The notes beneath the pieces were generated by a model. That model made no database searches, had not been told where the DNA came from, and saw nothing but the letters and a program-made list of their open reading frames with translations. From Stegostoma tigrinum (lineage: Eukaryota): a stretch of 64,000 bases of DNA. The translations under genes and the position numbers were made by a program. The stretch covers positions 10,117,565 through 10,181,564 of the forward strand of contig NC_081393.1 in assembly GCF_030684315.1 (NCBI RefSeq), in the 5' to 3' direction. This document shows positions 60,891 to 64,000 of the stretch, piece after piece (position 1 is the stretch's first letter; each line of letters begins with the position of its first letter).

Positions 60891-60991
60891 CTTGAAGTCA
60901 GGATCCCGCACTTCCACATGCATCCCCAAACCTGGGGTGGAGGGCAGAAAAGATTCTGACTGCTTATCCCACAGCTGAGTCCGGTAATTAC
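60891..60991 (-). CDS. TMED4: TMED4 exon 2
   Basis: 101 nt: (G)[33 protein letters not shown]; WDKQ, FLPSTPG and MHVEV favour TMED4 over TMED9, as does linkage to DDX56. Confidence 0.92.
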
Positions 60992-62099
60992 CTGAATCAA
61001 ACATTAAAAGAAACAGTTACTTTCAACATACTGAACAGCCAAATACAGCCAAGAGGTCATTGCCAGTATTTTACAGTACACTCGACTTCATTCAGCCAAT
61101 GAGTTTAAACTTATCTGAATTTCTCAACATCATCTCTTTAAATGCATTCATGCTGTTCACTTTGACTACTGCTTATGGTAGCATATTCTGGTCCAACAAC
61201 CTTCTGGCTAAAGATTTATTTCCTGAATTCGGTGTTGTATTTCTCAATGATTACATCTTATTGATGTTGCCTCTCCCAGAAATTGTTCTAAGTAGCTCCA
61301 GAACACCATTCTGCAGATCCTTGTCCATGGAAGGCAAGGCACATGGGTTACACAATAGCAGCAGCAGGGAATGCAGCACAAGGAATGGAAATGACAGTTT
61401 AGAAGAACTCAATTTTTGCACACTGCTTGATAATCCATAATCTCAACTGAACCTGACAAAGTCAGCCACTAGCATGTGATACATTACATGCACGCATTTA
61501 AAATTAAAATGATGTCATTACGCAGCAAAATTCACAAATCAAGAATTGACTTCAGTCATACATCAATGCAAATTGCCTAGGCGGATAATACGATAAAAAT
61601 TACCCAATGGGGAGTGTCATAAAGTTACACAGTTGATAAACTCAGATCAAGTAAATTGCCTGGCTTTGATATTCAAAAAGAACCTTCACTGCGTGACTTG
61701 AAACCACAGCCCTTCCCCAGTGACATTTTACTGTCTCGGCATTTCTATAACATCCATTTGATTCAGTCGTCGCATTCTTACATGTCAGAAATTTGGTGGC
61801 TCATTGGCTAACTTTCAGACCATCTTCTGTACAACTGGTGTCAGCCTTTATAGAATACACTATCCTCTCAAAAGTTGTCATAAAGGGCATGAATTCCTGA
61901 ATATAGGTACGGATACCTGGGGTGATGCCAGCATGCAGGTCACAAGCCTGGGTTACACAAAGTCCATCATCGAGTCCTGGGGAGTGCACCTGACTTCGAG
62001 CCAGATGGAGGGCACAATGTCTTGTCATTTTGTAACAATGTCAATTTGGGGAACGGTGCTAATTTGGGGAAGGTTTGCTGACTAGTATCACAAAGTGTT

Positions 62100-63146
62100 G
62101 GGATGGGGAGCAGGGTGAGCTGTGTTGAGCAGGACCAGCCAGTGAAAGGGTAATGAAGACCAGTGTCAGCCAGTGGGAGGGGTGATAATAACCCGTGCCA
62201 GCTCGTGAGGTGGGTGATGGCCAGTGCCAGCCAGGGAGTTGTGGGTGGTGACCATTGTTAGGCAAGTGGGGTACGTGATAGTCTGTTTCAGCCACTGATG
62301 AAGTAATGATGACCATTGCCAGCCAGTGGGGGTAGGATGGCAGCAGGGACTGATGACTAGTGCCAGCTAACAGGATTGGGGAGATGATGACCAGTGCCCG
62401 CCCATGAGGTAGGGATGATAACCAATGGCAGCCATGGAGGGGTGGGAAGATGATCAGTGCCAGCTAATGGGTGGGGGTTATGACCAGTGCCAGTAAGTAG
62501 AGGGATGATCAGACCAAACCAATGAGGGGACAATGATAATCAATGGCAGCCAGTGAGGGGGGGTAACGATAATCAGAGCCAGCTTGCAAGGTGGGTGAGA
62601 CCAGTGCCAGCCAGTGAGGGGGGTACTGATGACCAGTGCCAGGCAGTGTGTGTGTGCGTGTAAAATGATGGCAGTAACTGGGAGTGATGCCCAGTGAGAG
62701 CCAGTGGGGGGGGGGGGGGGGGGGGTGGTGGTGGTGGTAATGACCGGTGCCAGCCAAGCACAGTGGATGATGACCACTACCAGCCAGTTAGGTGGGGGTG
62801 ATGACCAGTGCCAACCAGTGGGGGAAGGGTTGATGTCTACTGCCACCCAATGTTGGGGGTGATGACCAGTGCCACCAAAGTGGTGGAGGAGGGGTGACGG
62901 CCAGCGCCAGCCAGTGATAGCAGGGGGTGATGACCAGTGCCAGCCAGTCCGGGGGGGGTGATGACCAGTGCCAGCCAGTGATAGCAGGGGGTGATGACCA
63001 GTGCCAGCCAGTCCGGGGGGGGTGATGACCAGTGCCAGCCAGTGATATCAGGGAGTGATGACCAGTACCAGCCAGTCGGCGGGGGGGGGGTGATGGCCAG
63101 TGCCAGCCAGCGAGGGAGGGGGAGGATGGCCAGTGCCAGCCAGTCA
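62100..63146. repeat. G-rich minisatellite (core gatgaccagtgccagccagt plus G-run, unit about 28-32 bp) in TMED4 intron 1
   Basis: Directly visible tandem core, degenerate on the left and homogeneous near exon 1. Confidence 0.9.
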
Positions 63147-63252
63147 GGGGCACTCTCCCTCCCAAAGGGTTTCCAAACTCTGGCAAAGGGGCTGTTTTCC
63201 AGCTGATACCACTTCGACGCCAATGGCGCCGGCCTCAGGTCGTGCTACTCAC

Positions 63253-63388
63253 CGATCACCATTGTCTCGTCGGGTATCTCCTCGATGAAGCATTTTTTCT
63301 CAGTTTCCCCGATGTGGAAGTAGATTCCGTGGGACAGGCCGAGCTGAACGCACAGCCACACCGACAATACAATTTGCCCGCAACGCAT
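63253..63388 (-). CDS. TMED4: TMED4 exon 1 (alternative in-frame upstream ATG at 63451)
   Basis: [45 protein letters not shown] then gtgagt donor; signal peptide plus start of GOLD domain. Confidence 0.9.
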
Positions 63389-63409
63389 GGCCCTACCGCT
63401 GACCGGAGG

Positions 63410-63535
63410 CCCTGCACTGCGCCTGCGCCCCGGAACCAGGAGACGAGCCATGCGTTTGCGTCATCCTGCCACGGGGAGGAGCACAATCTGCATGCTCCCT
63501 CCGCCGGCCCCGCGCAAGCTCTGCGCATGCTTCCA
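63410..63535 (-). promoter_or_regulatory. TMED4 proximal promoter with NRF1-like motifs
   Basis: TGCGCCTGCGC near 63418-63428 and TGCGCATGC at 63522-63530 in CpG-rich sequence just upstream of exon 1. Confidence 0.5.
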
Positions 63536-63555
63536 AAGCTGTCCAATACACGACA

Positions 63556-64000
63556 TAATAAAATGTGAGGCTGGATGAACGCACCAGGGCAGGCAGCATC
63601 AGAGGAGCCGGAAGGCTGACACATCTCCACTCCACACTCGCTTCCAGCCTTCCCCACACCCGGCACTTTTCCCTGCGACCGCAGGAAGTGCTACACCTGC
63701 CACAACACCTCAGCCCCGCCCCAGGCCCCAAGAAAACTTTCCACATCCAGCAGATGTTCACCTGCACATCTGCTAATGTAGTAGACAGCATCCGTTGTAC
63801 CCGTCGTGGCCTTCTCTACATCGGAGAAACCAAGCCGAGGCTTGGAGACGGCTTTGCAGAATGCCTCTGCTCGGTTCGCAATAAATAATTGCACCTCCCA
63901 GTCGCAAACCATTTCCACTCCCACTCCCATTCCTTAGACGACATGTCCATCATGGGCCTCCTGCAGTGCCACAATGATGCCACCCGAAGGTTGCAGGAAC
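63556..64000 (+). mobile_element. Penelope-like element fragment (GIY-YIG region) with an inverted terminal piece at its 5' end; runs off the right edge
   Basis: ORF 63565-63888 FTCTSANVV...LYIGETKPRLGDGFAECL is closely similar to 5060-5310; 63556-63620 is an inverted terminal segment. Confidence 0.85.

Noticed and set aside
62100-63146. Shared cactgg motif with the coding repeat, C-box-like tgatga motifs and Trp/His/Pro-rich ORFs in the minisatellite
   Set aside because: The short motif overlap is compatible with chance, there is no C/D snoRNA structure, and the ORFs are repeat artefacts.
53583-63451. TMED9 as the identity of the p24 gene
   Set aside because: Exon 2 residues (WDKQ, FLPSTPG, MHVEV), [15 protein letters not shown] and linkage to DDX56 fit TMED4 better.

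Overview
Vertebrate genomic DNA, very likely a shark or other elasmobranch (inferred from HE1-like SINEs, CR1 LINEs and abundant Penelope-like elements). Three intron-containing genes lie on the minus strand. TMED4 has 5 complete coding exons (53583-63388/63451). DDX56 shows its first 5 coding exons (457-6410) and continues off the left edge. Between them is a 12-coding-exon gene (23884-46144, 4830 nt, about 1609 aa) that I reconstructed with GT-AG junctions and compatible phases. It encodes a signal peptide, an astacin prodomain, an ovastacin (ASTL)-like zinc protease domain, a linker, a ~2-kb 30-bp tandem-repeat mucin-like stalk and a C-terminal MAM domain. The protease has Leu in place of the conserved Met-turn Met, and the MAM domain carries a meprin-like extra cysteine. 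Non-coding DNA is mostly retroelements: Penelope-like elements with minimal hammerhead-ribozyme cores, several ~210-bp fold-back Penelope termini flanked by 14-15-bp TSDs, nested CR1 LINEs, SINEs, two probable solo LTRs, an RTE relic and a G-rich minisatellite. All homology calls come from recognising motifs by eye, not from database searches.
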